The notes under the pieces: generated by a model | Told to the model about the DNA's origin: nothing | The model's database searches: none | What the model saw: only the letters and a program-made list of their open reading frames with translations | Source: Octopus sinensis | Taxonomy: Eukaryota | Length of the DNA: 64,000 nucleotides | Assembly (NCBI RefSeq): GCF_006345805.1 | Contig: NC_043004.1 | Coordinates: 41,354,001-41,418,000, forward strand | Reading direction: 5' to 3' | Position numbers and translations under genes: made by a program | Shown here: positions 62,683-64,000 of the stretch, piece after piece | Layout of the letters: every line of letters begins with the position of its first letter | Position numbering within the stretch: the stretch's first letter is position 1

Positions 62683-63959
62683 CCTGTTATTATGGCTGAT
62701 GACAAAAAGAACTGCAAGATAGCTTTGATGATACATATATCTGGTTTTGCATGAGGGCTAAAAACATATTATGTGAGCTTAAGATAAAAGAGGAGATTCA
62801 CAGACACACTCCATTCATTTCTGTTTTTCCTGTACAGTTCTGGGTAGGTTTTGCTGGCCACTACCATTGCACTGAACACCAGGCCATATCAGATGTTATA
62901 TTTTGGAGACTTCCAGTAGAAGCATGCTGGTAGAATTGTTAGTATGTTGGCTGAAATGTTTAGCAGCATTTCTTCCAGCTTTAGATTCTGAGTTCAGATT
63001 CCACCCAGGTCAACTTTGCTTTTCATCCTTTTGGGGTTGATAAAATAAGTATCAGTTGAACACTAGGATTGATATAATCAATTTGATTCTTCTCAAAATG
63101 TTGCTGATCTTGTGCTAAAATTTGAAAGAATGATTAAAAGCAGTGAACAGGTAGGATCATTGCAGCATCGGACAAAATGCTTAGCAGCATTTTTTCTAGC
63201 TTTATGTTCTGATTTCAAATGTCACTGAGATTGACCTTGCCTCTCATCCTTTCAGAGACAATAAAAATAAGTAACAGTTGAGCACTGGGGTCGATGTAAT
63301 TGACTAGCCCTCCCCTCAAATTTTCAGGCTTTGTGCCTATAGCAGAAAGGATATTCTGGTGATTTCTGCAGCTCGATAGTAAATGAAGACTACTCAACAA
63401 CATTGATGTAATTGGCAGAGAAACACAAGATGAAACTGAGGGTCTATCAAAGCTAGTGAGGAACAAAGATCCTTAGACTGTGGCATGGCAAACTGCATCA
63501 TATTTGTAACCCCTGAGCATGCAGCAAGGAGGGAATACCTTTTAAACTACATCTAATATTGGTTTCAAATTTTGGCACAAGGCCAGAAATCTTGGGGGGA
63601 AGGGATACATTACTTAAATGAATTCCAGTAGTCAACTGATGCTTATTTTATGAAATTGAAAGAAGCCCAGTGTCTCTGTGTCTGTCTGTTTCTCAGCACC
63701 ATTTGACAACCAGTGTTGGTGTGTTTATGTCCCCATAGAATAGATTTATTCACCGTTCACTTCCTTTACATATTCTTTGTTACTATTCATGCAGTTTTGG
63801 TTACTGCTTCTGATGGGTTGTAGTACACCAGAGCACTGTATATAATAAGTTCATTATTATTATATATACATATCAGACTAGAGCCTGGTGCAGCCTCCAT
63901 GGCTTACCAGACCCCGGTCGAACCGCCCAACTCATGCTAGCATGGAAAATGGATGTTAA

Positions 63960-63991
<32 letters not shown>

Positions 63992-64000
63992 ATGTCCTGA

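Overview
AT-rich, microsatellite- and SINE-dense animal DNA. The repeat families look like an octopod cephalopod (Octopus); this is an inference, as no search was run. Three host genes are supported. (1) A two-exon PLPP6-type PAP2 lipid phosphate phosphatase on + (exon 2 at 31011-31390); its promoter and first exon occur twice in tandem (15329-15611 and 17094-17376). (2) An unrecognised small multi-exon gene on - (phase-compatible exons 36011-36182 and 41340-41517; probable start exon at 43013-43052 needing a GC donor). (3) The terminal exon of a PEBP-family gene on - (56897-57078). The rest is transposon debris: four tRNA-derived SINE families, RTE and CR1 LINE fragments, several MITEs, and decayed Tc1/mariner elements. 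The most unusual stretch is 43.6-51.7 kb. It holds a perfect 161-bp-arm palindrome whose arms each carry a minimal type I hammerhead ribozyme, a second 89-bp inverted repeat, and a Tc1 IR-DR transposon with a foldback element in its left TIR that itself contains a CR1 LINE. It ends with a 27-copy 76-bp minisatellite built from one MITE end plus its flank. Coordinates were counted by hand and may be off by a few bases. Long ORFs in TA/TATG tracts are artefacts. No rRNA, true tRNA genes or CRISPR arrays were seen.
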